From Octopus bimaculoides (lineage: Eukaryota): 32,329 nt of DNA. Shown piece by piece: positions 20,023 to 30,710 of the stretch (its first letter is position 1; each line of letters starts with the position of its first letter). The position numbers and the translations under genes are program-made. The DNA lies in contig NC_069006.1 in NCBI RefSeq assembly GCF_001194135.2, positions 23,492,599 to 23,524,927 on the forward strand, in the 5' to 3' direction. The notes below the pieces were generated by a model. The model saw only the letters and a program-made list of their open reading frames with translations. It did no database searches and was not told where the DNA came from.

Positions 20023-21109
20023 GTGAGATTCTGTTACTTGGCTATTGTTGTTTATAGAAGGGATGGGGTTGTGTAGTGGCTGCGTGGTTAAAATGTTTAC
20101 TTCACAGTCATAAGGCTCTGAGTTCGATCTCACAGATATTTCCTATCATGACTTTAGATCAGTGGCTCTCAACTGCGGTCCACATGGCCCTTGGGTGGGG
20201 TCCATATAAGATTTTGTTGTTAAAATTTATATGAAATAAATTGGCTGTACTTCAACAATACACAAAGTATTTTTAATAATTTTTTTTTATAAACTAAAAA
20301 AACTGGTACTTCGTCAGTTATGGTAACAAGGGTTCTAGTTGATCTGATCAATGGAACAGCCTGCTCGTGAAATTAACATGCAAGGGCGTTGTGTCCTTGA
20401 GCAAGACACTTTATTTCACGTTGCTTCAGTCCACTCAGCTGGTAAAATCTATGGTACTAGTATTTCAAAGGGACAGCCTTGTCACATTCTGTGTCACACT
20501 GATCGTCCTTCAACTACGTTAAGGGTACATGTTCCTGTGGAGTACTCAACCACTTGCGCATTAATTTCATGTGCAGGCTGTTCTGTTGATCGGAATGCCA
20601 GTTAGATACCAAATTCACTCACAAGATTTTGGTCAGCCTGAGGCTATAGTAGAAGACACTTGCCCGAGGTGCCACGTAATAGGACTGAACTCCGGAACCA
20701 TGTGGTTGAGAAGCAAGTTTCTTACCACACAGCCACGCCTGCGCCTATATATATATATGGCTTTTATTTTTCTCTCTTATTTACCTTTCCTATATAACCA
20801 AACCATTTTTTACGGACACAGATTCAGAATTTTTATTAATGGCACAGTATGAGTTGCTTCCCTTGAGCTATAGAAACATTTGCTATCCTTTATGCACACA
20901 CGCATGAACAATCACCGTTGTTTTAACGTCCACTTTTCCATGCTGGCATGGGTTAGAAGGAATTTGCTGAGGCAAATTTTCTACTGACTCACCTATTTCC
21001 AAGTAAAGTGATGTTTCCCCAGATCCAGATAGCTTTTTCACAGGACATCATTTGCATGATGGTAACATGATAGTAACGCTCGTTTACAAGGAGACAAACA
21101 CACACACAC

Positions 21110-21216
21110 ATACGTGTGGTAAGGAGCTTGCTTCCCAACCACACGGTTTAGGGTTCAGTCCTACTGCGTAGCACCTTGTGATTGGATTTCATAGACGGAA
21201 ACTGAGAGAAGCCCAT

Positions 21217-21271
<55 letters not shown>

Positions 21272-21432
21272 GACGGGCTTCTTTCAGTTTCCCTCTACCA
21301 AATCCACTCACAAGGCTTTGGTCAGACCAAGGATATAGTAGAAGACACTTGCCCAAGATGCCACACAATGTGACTGAACCTGGAACCATGTAGTTGGGAA
21401 GCAAGCTTCTTACCACATGGCCACTCCTGCAC
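21110..21432. mobile_element. Inverted pair of SINE family B 5' halves around a (TG)n(TA)n core, MRPL44 intron 2
   Basis: Plus-strand head at about 21110-21220 and minus-strand head at about 21270-21432 are mutually complementary. Confidence 0.8.
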
Positions 21433-21662
21433 TTGTGTGTTTATAGTAAAGTTTTGTTTTTCCCATCGAGCATCCTCCTCATCAGCTAAAAAAGACCAAT
21501 CAATAGTTTTTTCCCTCTATATTAACAATTTGGGTTATAATTGGATTAAGTATCCAATTTTGGATATCTAACCCTTGACCTTACAAACCTTTGCTTTTCA
21601 TAGAATGTAACTATTTATGCATTTATTTATTATTTTTTCTTTTATTCCATTTATTCCTTTAG

Positions 21663-21749
21663 GAATTATGATGCAGAAATTTATGCTTTCGGTAAAAGAC
21701 TGGGTGAAGAGTTCAGTGAAGACACACTGCGGATTATATTCACAGATAA
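21663..21749 (+). CDS. MRPL44: mL44 coding exon 3
   Basis: ttcctttag|G; (W)NYDAEIYAFGKRLGEEFSEDTLRIIFTD(K); donor AA|gtaagt. Matches human WDYHAEIQAFGHRLQENFS (recalled). Confidence 0.95.
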
Positions 21750-21767
21750 GTAAGTCTGATGCAGTTT

Positions 21768-21812
<45 letters not shown>

Positions 21813-22462
21813 TTTTATCTGTTTCCTTCATTGGACTGTGGTCAAGCTGGAGTATCACTTTGAAAAGAATTAGTCCAGCAAATCAACAGCAGTGCTTACC
21901 TTTTTTTAAAGTATATTACTTATTCAATCAGTCTTTTGCTATGTTATAGGGATGTAAACAAACCGACATTGGTTGTCAAGCAACAGGTAGGACAAACACT
22001 AAGACAATGCACGCACAAACATTAATATATATATATAACTTGTACTACTGGTGACATTCACCCGTTGTGGGCTGAGCCACCTCCAACAGTTCATGTTTGG
22101 AGTTTCCGTGAGAATACAAGTTTACACATGGTCCCCTGTTACATGCATATACACTTTGGGATAGTTTGATTTGTAGACTCTCATCTTGCCAGCGTTTGTT
22201 GACCGTCACAGAGTATTTGCTGACCCAGTCACTGCCAATTATCAAAGCAGATATAACTTTGACGTAATTACTATTGACATGCTTTGAAACAAAATCTGAG
22301 GGGTGACTCACTCCCAGTGGTCTTCCAGCATTGCTGGACACCAACCTGGATCTTTCTGAGGGCCCATGATTTTAGCTAGATTTGAACTCACAACCACTAT
22401 GTATATCAATAGTTTCAATATCTAAACTGTGATTATTTTTAATTTAAATTTTTCTTTCCCAG

Positions 22463-22563
22463 GTCCTACATCGAGAAGGACAAGGCTCGGCGGCAAGAGT
22501 TGGGTGTTGACGAAGATGTTGTTTCTCTTGAATTAGTTGACAATGGAGAAATGGCAGCAGAAG
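22463..22563 (+). CDS. MRPL44: mL44 coding exon 4
   Basis: tttctttcccag|G; SYIEKDKARRQELGVDEDVVSLELVDNGEMAAE(G); donor G|gttagt. Matches CYIKSEEAKRQQLG...NQELSEQG. Confidence 0.95.
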
Positions 22564-22696
22564 GTTAGTGCATTGTGGGTGGGTGTGTGTGTTTATATAT
22601 ATGTATAAATATTCATTGAATGATGATGATAACGATGATGACAGGTGTGGTTGTTGTGATGCTTTCTAAAGATTCCTTATGTCTTTACCTTTCCAG

Positions 22697-22772
22697 GTAA
22701 TTTAATTGCAAGCAGATACATCAAGGCCTTCTTACGATTCTCATATCCAGCAATGTTTGAAGAAGGAATCTG
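22697..22772 (+). CDS. MRPL44: mL44 coding exon 5
   Basis: cctttccag|GT; (G)NLIASRYIKAFLRFSYPAMFEEGI(C); donor TG|gtaagg. Matches YPDMPTEGI. Confidence 0.93.
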
Positions 22773-23146
22773 GTAAGGGCAACCTTGTTATTCTTCTGTT
22801 ATTCCTCATGGAAAGGATATATAGTAATAAATTATACACATTATAGTGTGGTGTAGTAATTTACAGAGATCGAGTTCTGTATGTGTGTACATGTATATAC
22901 ACACACATACATACATATATATATATATATATTTTATTGTTTTATTTGTATCTATCATTTGACTGGAGCACTGCCTTTTAGTTGAAGAAATCGACTCCAA
23001 GACTTATTCTTTCTGAGCAATTTTGTCCAATGCACTTAACAGCAACAACATCAACAACAACTTTTCTGTCCTGTTAGTTCTTTGGTTTATTTTCGTCCAT
23101 GCTGGAGCCGTTTATTTATTTGTTTATTGTTCCATTTCTTTTCCAG

Positions 23147-23231
23147 CGCCATCCATGATTTTTTAATGTCTGAGGATATCCTTGCTTCGACTGGTTTACA
23201 CATAGGAATGAAGGATCTCACTTTAACAGCC
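23147..23231 (+). CDS. MRPL44: mL44 coding exon 6
   Basis: tttcttttccag|C; AIHDFLMSEDILASTGLHIGMKDLTLTA; donor GCC|gtgagt (phase 0). Confidence 0.93.
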
Positions 23232-23409
23232 GTGAGTTACCTCCCTTCTCTTCTGCTCTCTTCTTTCTTTTGAGACAGTTGATTTCTCTCACCTACAACG
23301 TTTTCTTGTTTTGTTTTCTTTTCAATTCTGACGGGGGGTGGATATATTTTCCAACAACGTTATTGGTACAGACGTGGCTGTGTGGTTAAGAAGTTTGCTT
23401 CCCAACAGC

Positions 23410-24030
23410 TCCATCCTTGTTCGTTACTTTCCTCTCGTACCCTTATGAACTTATCCACCAAGCCGTCCTAATGCTCTTTCCATATTCTCTCTTATTCTCA
23501 CCTTCCTGTACCTTGACATTACCCTCTGACACCTCGTCACCAACATTTGTGCCTGCTTTCCAGCTACTACCACCCACATTTATATAATGTTGGTCAGCTA
23601 TATATCTCTTCTGTTTTTCCGAATATGAGTAAATGCTCAAAACATCTAACACATTTCCCTTTTTGTTTTCCTCGCTTCATGAGTAACAAATTAATACAGT
23701 ATTTATTATTTTACCTGTCTTTGTGGTGTATTTTTTCTCACCTTTGCACTATATCTCATCTACAGCAACACACCTGTGTCTCTCCTGCACACATTTTTTG
23801 GCCATGAAGACAAATAAAATTATGGAATGGGGAATTTTATAGAGCCTGCTTCAGCAGACTGAGTTCAATCCATGTCTGCCACTGCCACTATCATCAACTC
23901 TCCCTAAATTTCTTTCTCTCCCTTTTTTTTATGTCTGTCTTCGCCACCACCCTCACTGCCTCTGTGCCTGCTATTATTCTCACCCCAGCATGTGGAATAG
24001 TAGAAACGTCAGTGAGAGGGTGGGTCAAAG
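23410..24030 (+). mobile_element. Possible highly decayed Penelope-like 3' region
   Basis: Weak motifs (YPYELIHQA, YHPHL), a pyrimidine-rich tract, and GAAACGTC with a complementary flank at 23947-24023. Confidence 0.3.
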
Positions 24031-24702
24031 TGTGACACACTGACACACAGAAATTAGTTTTCACATTTATTATATTAGATATATGTATGTGTATATACGT
24101 GTGTTCATCTCGCCATTGCTTGACAACTGGTGCAGGTTTGTTTATGTCTCTGTAAATTACTGGTTCAGCGAAAAGAGACCAATAAAATAAGTTAGCAACC
24201 TTTAAAAAAAAAAGATTAAAAATATCAAGTCTTGGGGTTGATTTGTTTAGGTAAACCCTTCAAATGAGTGCCCCAGCATGGCCACAGTCCAATGATTGAA
24301 ACAAATAAAAGTATAAAGAGCAAGTAATATTAATCAACTGTTTAGGTTGTTAACATGAGTGGATTTTAGTTTATTAATTGTAATTTGAGACAGGAAAAGA
24401 GAACGACGGCCTAGCGGGTTGATTGACGGGACATGTGACTCTGCTGTAATTGCATTCCTGAAGTAACATGTCCTCTTAGTAATATAAACATTAGCATAAT
24501 TAATGTGGTGAACACTGTAACTTTAATTATGGTTATACTCATTATGAGGAGAGATAAGCATTGTCGTACAATGACTAAACTAAATACAGGGGTGGCGGGG
24601 GGAGGGACAAGGATGAAATGCAAACATTTTTTTTGAAATGGGTAAACACCAAATTCCTTGTTAATCTATCACCATCATCATTTAATGTCCATTTTCCAAG
24701 AT

Positions 24703-24818
24703 GACATGATTTGGATGGTTTGGCTGGAACTGGCATGGTTTGGACGGTTTGACAGGAGCTGGCATGAGTTGGATGGTTTGATAGGAGCTGGCATGGCGTG
24801 GATGGTTTGACAGGAGCT
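24703..24818. repeat. Minisatellite, 4 x 29 bp (GGCATGRNTTGGAYGGTTTGACAGGAGCT) inside an RTE-type tail
   Basis: Units start at 24703, 24732, 24761 and 24790. Confidence 0.9.
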
Positions 24819-24971
24819 AGCAAGGCTGGGAACTACACCAGGCCCAAAAGGATGATGACAGAACCGACCTCTGTGCAATTTAAACTCAGAACATAAGGAC
24901 AGATGAAATTCTGCTAACCATATTGTCCAGCATACTCACAATTCTTCCTGCTCGCTACTTCAGATGCCAGA

Positions 24972-25140
24972 ATATAAAAATAATGGTAATTGGTGCACCA
25001 GGCCCAACGCTTGAAATGCTACCTAAGAGTCTGAAAGGTATTGGAATTGAGATTCATATCGTCAATCTTCATTAAAGTACCATTTTATATTCCGAAAGAA
25101 TCTTAAGAATAATATAATAGCCTCCTTGAGGCCCAACATT
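24972..25140 (+). mobile_element. Second, more decayed R4/Dong-like C-terminal relic
   Basis: IKIMVIGAPGPTLEMLPKSLKGIGIEIHIVNLH*STILYSERILRII*, same motif spacing as 4663-4820. Confidence 0.6.
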
Positions 25141-25277
25141 AGAAAGTTGTACCCTTCACCACCTCATTCTATGTCTTCCTTGATATATATATATATACAT
25201 ATATAAATATATAAAAAGATAAAGAGAGCAATGGTAAAGTTGGGAATATATTTTATGGATAGAGTCTTACAGCTGTT

Positions 25278-25788
25278 NNNNNNNNNNNNNNNNNNNNNNN
25301 NNNNNNNNNNNNNNNNNNNNNNNNNNNNNNNNNNNNNNNNNNNNNNNNNNNNNNNNNNNNNNNNNNNNNNNNNNNNNNNNNNNNNNNNNNNNNNNNNNNN
25401 NNNNNNNNNNNNNNNNNNNNNNNNNNNNNNNNNNNNNNNNNNNNNNNNNNNNNNNNNNNNNNNNNNNNNNNNNNNNNNNNNNNNNNNNNNNNNNNNNNNN
25501 NNNNNNNNNNNNNNNNNNNNNNNNNNNNNNNNNNNNNNNNNNNNNNNNNNNNNNNNNNNNNNNNNNNNNNNNNNNNNNNNNNNNNNNNNNNNNNNNNNNN
25601 NNNNNNNNNNNNNNNNNNNNNNNNNNNNNNNNNNNNNNNNNNNNNNNNNNNNNNNNNNNNNNNNNNNNNNNNNNNNNNNNNNNNNNNNNNNNNNNNNNNN
25701 NNNNNNNNNNNNNNNNNNNNNNNNNNNNNNNNNNNNNNNNNNNNNNNNNNNNNNNNNNNNNNNNNNNNNNNNNNNNNNNNNNNNNNNN
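25278..25788. other. Assembly gap (N run) in MRPL44 intron 6
   Basis: 511 N. Confidence 1.
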
Positions 25789-25978
25789 GGTCTGTCAATA
25801 TGCTAGAAGAAGCTCACTTTAAAAAATTCTCAAATACAGATTCAGCGGAGCAAAAACAGTCGGGCGAGACCAGTGAAAATTGTACATACCTCGATTATCT
25901 GCAGACTATAGTTTCAAAATCAATACTTCCAAAATAAAAGTGTCTATTTATGAGCTTCTTCTAGCATTTTGACAGACC
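25789..25978. mobile_element. MITE with 28-bp terminal inverted repeats (left end abuts gap)
   Basis: GGTCTGTCAATATGCTAGAAGAAGCTCA / TGAGCTTCTTCTAGCATTTTGACAGACC, 1 mismatch. Confidence 0.8.
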
Positions 25979-26361
25979 GGTCACTGGTCAATCTTATATA
26001 CACAAGTATATATATATATATATATATATTTTCTTTTGTGTTGATTATAAAGTACAGATATGAAATGGCAGGTAGTGGTGATGCTGATGGTGGTGAACAA
26101 CAAGACATATTGCTACGATTGGCAATGGTGAGAGAGGTGTTAAAGCCATCTCATAGTTGAATAAAAAAGTTACCTTATTTTTGTGCTGCTTCACTAACCT
26201 ATTTTACACAATACAAATTTTCCTCGGTCACTGCACGTATTCACCAAAGTGTGAGTAGTATATAGTAATTATTATAGAAACACAGGTCATTAAAATTCTG
26301 TCTACATAACGATGAAGTCACAGAACCTCTACTCTCTTCTGCCCTCCCTTCTTTCTCCCTC

Positions 26362-26430
<69 letters not shown>

Positions 26431-26458
26431 GTGTATATGTATGATGTGTGTGTGTGTG

Positions 26459-26491
<33 letters not shown>

Positions 26492-26494
<3 letters not shown>

Positions 26495-26872
26495 GAGTGG
26501 CTGTGGTAAGTAGCTTGCTTACCAACCACATGGTTGCGGGTTCAGTCCCACTGTGGAACCTTGGGCAAGTTCTTCTACCATAGCCTCGGGCTTTGTGAGT
26601 GAATTTGGTAGACAGAAACTGAAAGAAACCTGTCGTATATTTATGTGTGTGTGTATTTGTGTATCTGTGTTTCTTTTCCCCCCCACCTCCCCATCACTTG
26701 ACAACCGATGTTGGTGTGTTTACATCCCTGTAACTTAGCGGTTCGGCAAAAGCGACTGATAGAATAAGTACTAGGCTTACAAAGAATAAGTCCTGGGGTC
26801 AATTTGTTCAACTAAAGGTGGTGCCCCAGCATGGCCACAGTTAAATTACTGAAACAAATGAAAGAATAAAAA
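26492..26872 (+). mobile_element. Near full-length tRNA-derived SINE family B
   Basis: Head gtggctgtggtaag...ggttcagtcccactg, then cttgggcaagt (CORE-like), internal TG/TA microsatellite, and 3' part ...cagcatggccacag...gaaacaaatgaaagaataaaa. Related pieces near 385-955, 4105-4260, 11360-11472, 13410-13915, 14355-14480, 16985-17215, 20600-20745, 21880-22005, 24105-24320, 27018-27200 and 31535-31665. Confidence 0.85.
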
Positions 26873-27539
26873 AAAGATTATATATTTGTTGGTGTGTGTA
26901 TATATATGTGTATATGCATGTATATATATATGTATGTATGTACGTGTGTGTCTGTATAATATATATATATATATAGCTTTTGTGTGCATGTGTTTATCAT
27001 CATTCATAAATATACTACATGGCTCTGTGGTTAAGAAATTTGTCTCCCAACAACATGGTATCAGGTTCAGTCCCACTGCATTGCACATTGGGCAAGTGTC
27101 TTCTACTGAATAAATCCAGGGGTCAATTTCCTTGACCAACACCCTTTAATACAGTTGTCCAGCATCGCTGCAGTCCCATGACTGAAACCAGTAAAAGGAA
27201 TAAGAAGAATATGAAGGCCCTTGGCTTAGGGGTAAGGATATTCGGCTTTGTGGTTATAAAGCCACGAGTTCATTTCCTGGCGAGACACATTGTGTCCTTT
27301 AGCAAGACACGTTATTTCACCACATTGCTCCAGTTCACTCATCCGGCAAAAATGAGTTGTTCTTGTCGTTCAAAACGCCGGCTTTGTTACAATCCATGTC
27401 ACACTGGATCACCCCGTGAACTGTGTTAAAAGTACATGCATCACTAGAGTGCTCAGCCAGCTGGTGTTTGATTTCACAAACAGGTTGTTCTCTTGATCAA
27501 TTCAGCTGAAAGCCTTGTCGTCATAACCAATAGAGTGCC

Positions 27540-27992
27540 ATAAATATAGATGTGTGTGTATGTATGTGTATATGTACATATATGCGTATGTATGTATATA
27601 TATGTATGTATGTATATAATATATATGTATATATATGTATGTAGAATAAGGGGATTTTTTAATGGAGACAATACTATGTATATAGTACAACTGTTTTTTT
27701 GTTCGTTTATGAGCTAAGGAGTAATAAAAATGTTTTTGTAGAAGATAAAATTTTTCAGTCATCAGTACTTTATGTTTGAAAACAAAATCTTGCTTACAGT
27801 GGTTTATAAGACTTGGATGGGATACGTTTCTCTTTAAAATTCTCATAATAAAAATGTGTGTGTGTGTGTATGCATGAATATGTATGTATATATACATATA
27901 TGTATATATATGTACATATATGTATGTATATGTATATGTATCTGTATATATATATATGTATAAATGTACGTATATATATGTATATATGTATA

Positions 27993-28024
<32 letters not shown>

Positions 28025-28035
28025 CATACATACAT
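27540..28035. repeat. Compound (TA)/(TG)/(TATG) microsatellite blocks
   Basis: Direct inspection. Similar blocks at about 3045-3147, 6780-7018, 21217-21270, 21769-21810, 26366-26490 and 26885-26975; (CAT)n at 29909-29952. These explain the YIYI/HTHT-type ORFs. Confidence 0.95.
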
Positions 28036-28036
28036 A

Positions 28037-28249
28037 CAAGGTGTCCCAAAAGTATGTTTACAATTATTTAACTATCTCTTTCGCATTCATATATTAATAA
28101 TTTAGATCTTAATTATTAAAAAATATGAAACCATTATTCTATGCTAATTTAGTTTAATTGTAAGATAGAAATTTAAATGTAATAAAATGTTTTAAAAGAA
28201 ATTTGAAGTGCCTACGTGATAACTGTAAACCTACTTTTGGGCCACCCTG
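28037..28249. mobile_element. Tc1/mariner-type MITE (second family)
   Basis: 29-bp TIRs CAAGGTGTCCCAAAAGTATGTTTACAATT / AACTGTAAACCTACTTTTGGGCCACCCTG (4 mismatches); TA on the left, TG on the right. Confidence 0.8.
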
Positions 28250-28273
28250 TGTGTGTGTTTATATATATACTGA

Positions 28274-28576
28274 TATATAATTATACAGATATAATTATAA
28301 CAAAAGGGTGTGGATAAGTAGGCCAAATACTGGAAACAGATACTAATAGCACTATAAGCCACGTTTTATTTTACTCCGTTGGCACAGGTTGAAAGTGAGC
28401 TAGTGAATAAACCAGTTTTTTAAAAGAAGGGTTACCCATCTGATTTATTCACTAGCCAGCTTTCAGCCTAATAGAATAAAATAATATGTGGTTTATAGAG
28501 CTGTTAGCATCTATTTCCAGTATTTGGCATGCTTATCCACATCCTCTTGCTATAATGGTATCTATATAATTATATA
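28274..28576. repeat. Long foldback (about 140-bp arms, 24-nt spacer)
   Basis: 28274-28415 is complementary to 28440-28576 along its whole length (e.g. gccaaatactggaaa / tttccagtatttggc; ctagtgaataaa / tttattcactag). Confidence 0.9.
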
Positions 28577-28929
28577 TTTGTATGAACATTTACCTAAATG
28601 GTTTTTTATTGGCCACGTGATAAAATCATTAAATGGTTTTATCCTTCATTAATCAATTATTTAATTATAAATAAATATATATGTATATATACACACATAA
28701 TACATACACATACATAAACTTCCACACTCACTCACACATACATACGCACACATAAACTTACACACTCACACACACATGCACACCAATATGCTCACACACA
28801 TACATATACAGAGATAGTGACACAGAGAGAGTGGGACACGGACACACGAGCACATCCACACCCACCCATCCACACACCCTTCAGACTGCCTCTCAAACAT
28901 CTTTCTCCAGCCCCAACTACTACTCACCA

Positions 28930-29765
28930 TTCTATCTATATACACCTGTCACCATAGCTGCTGATCTCTCACTACAACATTAACAGGCACCCAGTTACTT
29001 CCACGCACACACAGGCTACCATACACACACTGGCTACCATACACACACATGCGTATCCCCTGTTTCAGAAGAAGAGCTTTGCTTGAAATGTAAAGCAACC
29101 ACACTTTCTTTTCTTCCCTGAGCATCTTATTAATACTTTCCACATACCACGCCCTCGCGTTGTTGTTTTTTACTTGTTGCCTGTTTTTCTACGGTTTTTT
29201 TCTTTTCAACTATTTACCGCATGCTCACACAGACCCCCATCCTTCCAACTGGTTTTGGAGAACCTAATTCGCAGAATTCTTTCTACCATCGGATTACATC
29301 GCCTTATTCATTCGGAGTACACCATTTCTGCACCTTAATTCTGAATCATTACAATTTGTGCGTGACTCTTCCTTCTTAACTTGTCTTCCCTTGACCTATC
29401 TTCTGTTCTACTTCCATTTCCTTTCTCTTTTCCTTTTCTTCACCGTCACCCACACCTACACCTATGTTCACACCCTCTCAGACAAAGGTGGAGCAGTGGT
29501 GGTGTGGTGTGTGGTCCTATACAGGGAGAGAGGAAGCACTCAGTCAGCTTCGAAAACCCCTCTTCTATCATTTCCTCCCCTCCAACCCCACTCCCTCCTA
29601 CCAACAGCGCATGTCCTCCACCATACATGACCTCATCACCTCTTCTGCCCTCCCCCCTACTGCCTCCAACCTCATTGTCTGAACACTCTGCATGTCCACC
29701 ATCTATTTTCTCCCCAAAATACACAAACTCACCAACGCTGGCCACCCCATTGTTTCCACGAACCT
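28930..29765 (+). mobile_element. Penelope-like element 5' relic: pseudo-LTR-like region plus N-terminal reverse transcriptase
   Basis: Across frameshifts reads SDKGGAVVVW..LY/REEALSQLRKPLFYHFLPSNPTPSYQQ...LPPTASNLIV*...IYFLPKIHKLTNAGHPIVS, the DKG..VV and LPKIHK...RPIVS signatures of Penelope-like RTs. Confidence 0.8.
29061..29097 (+). ncRNA. Degenerate hammerhead-like motif upstream of the Penelope-like RT relic
   Basis: TGTTT CAGAAGA A GAGC-TTT-GCTT GAAA TGTA AAGCA. The core differs from CUGANGA at position U4. Confidence 0.45.
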
Positions 29766-29826
29766 AAAAGTTTTGTTTAATTAATGTTTCTCTCTAATTA
29801 ATTGATACATATTTCTTCTCTTCTAG

Positions 29827-29898
29827 GAGTTTCCAGTTCTTTCATCAACGATGGCCACTGCATTTTTGGCAGCTATTGGAGGTCTTGCCCAAGACCAG
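29827..29898 (+). CDS. MRPL44: mL44 coding exon 7
   Basis: ttctcttctag|; EFPVLSSTMATAFLAAIGGLAQDQ; donor CAG|gtaagt. Matches [21 protein letters not shown]. Directly continues exon 6, so no exon is missing in the 25278-25788 gap. Confidence 0.94.
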
Positions 29899-29907
29899 GT
29901 AAGTAGC

Positions 29908-29952
<45 letters not shown>

Positions 29953-29954
29953 GC

Positions 29955-30452
29955 TACAAGATAATGATTGATTAATTGAAAACAATATGGATAAATAATT
30001 ATTACATTTGACAAAGTAACCTGAATGCTAAAGGGTTGAATCAACCATATTTGGCCCAAATATTTTCCCTGTTTTATGTTCAATCTGGCCAAATCTGGCC
30101 TCTCACACCTACCTTACAATGTCATTGTAAAAAAACGCAATCCACATCATTGAAACCTCAGTGCCACAAGATAATGCATGATTAATTCAAAACAACGTCA
30201 ATAAATAAACATAGCATTCGACAGAGTAACCTGAACGCTAAAGGGTTAAACCAGCCATATCTGGCCCTAATATTCTATCTTTCCTTATATTCAAACCAGC
30301 CAGGTCCGGCCTCTCACACCTACCCTACAATGTTGTAATAAAAATAAGCAATCACATCATTGAAATCTCAAAACTACAAGGTAATCCATGAATAATTCAA
30401 AACAATGTGAATAAATTAGGGTTTGACAAAATAATCTGAACGCTAAAGGGTT
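29955..30452. mobile_element. Head-to-tail array (about 2.5 units of ~205 bp) of the same TTAA-associated MITE family, MRPL44 intron 7
   Basis: Unit ends ...ctgaa(t/c)gctaaagggtt recur near 30035, 30245 and 30451. Confidence 0.75.
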
Positions 30453-30561
30453 CAATATATTTATTAAGCAATATTGTAGTTCAAACTTCACTTTGAAGTT
30501 TGGTTTTTCGTCCTCCTAGGTTCAAGTGACGATGATGATCAAAGTTATGTTCTTTTTTCAG

Positions 30562-30710
30562 GGTGTCAGACGAGCCGAGCGGTTTGTGAACCACTTCATT
30601 CTTCCTCACCTTATTGACAAAGACATCAATGACCTGTGGCCGATCGATAATCCCATGGGTCTCTTGAAGTCCATTCTTCTTCAGAACAAGAGAGGACCAC
30701 CAGAACCAAG
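30562..30710 (+). CDS. MRPL44: mL44 coding exon 8
   Basis: ttttttcag|; GVRRAERFVNHFILPHLIDKDINDLWPIDNPMGLLKSILLQNKRGPPEP(R); donor AG|gtattg. NPMGLL motif of mL44. Confidence 0.96.

Noticed and set aside
22691-22703. Recursive-splicing-like AG|GTAATT at the start of MRPL44 exon 5
   Set aside because: The GT is required coding sequence (Gly codon) and the preceding intron is only 133 nt.
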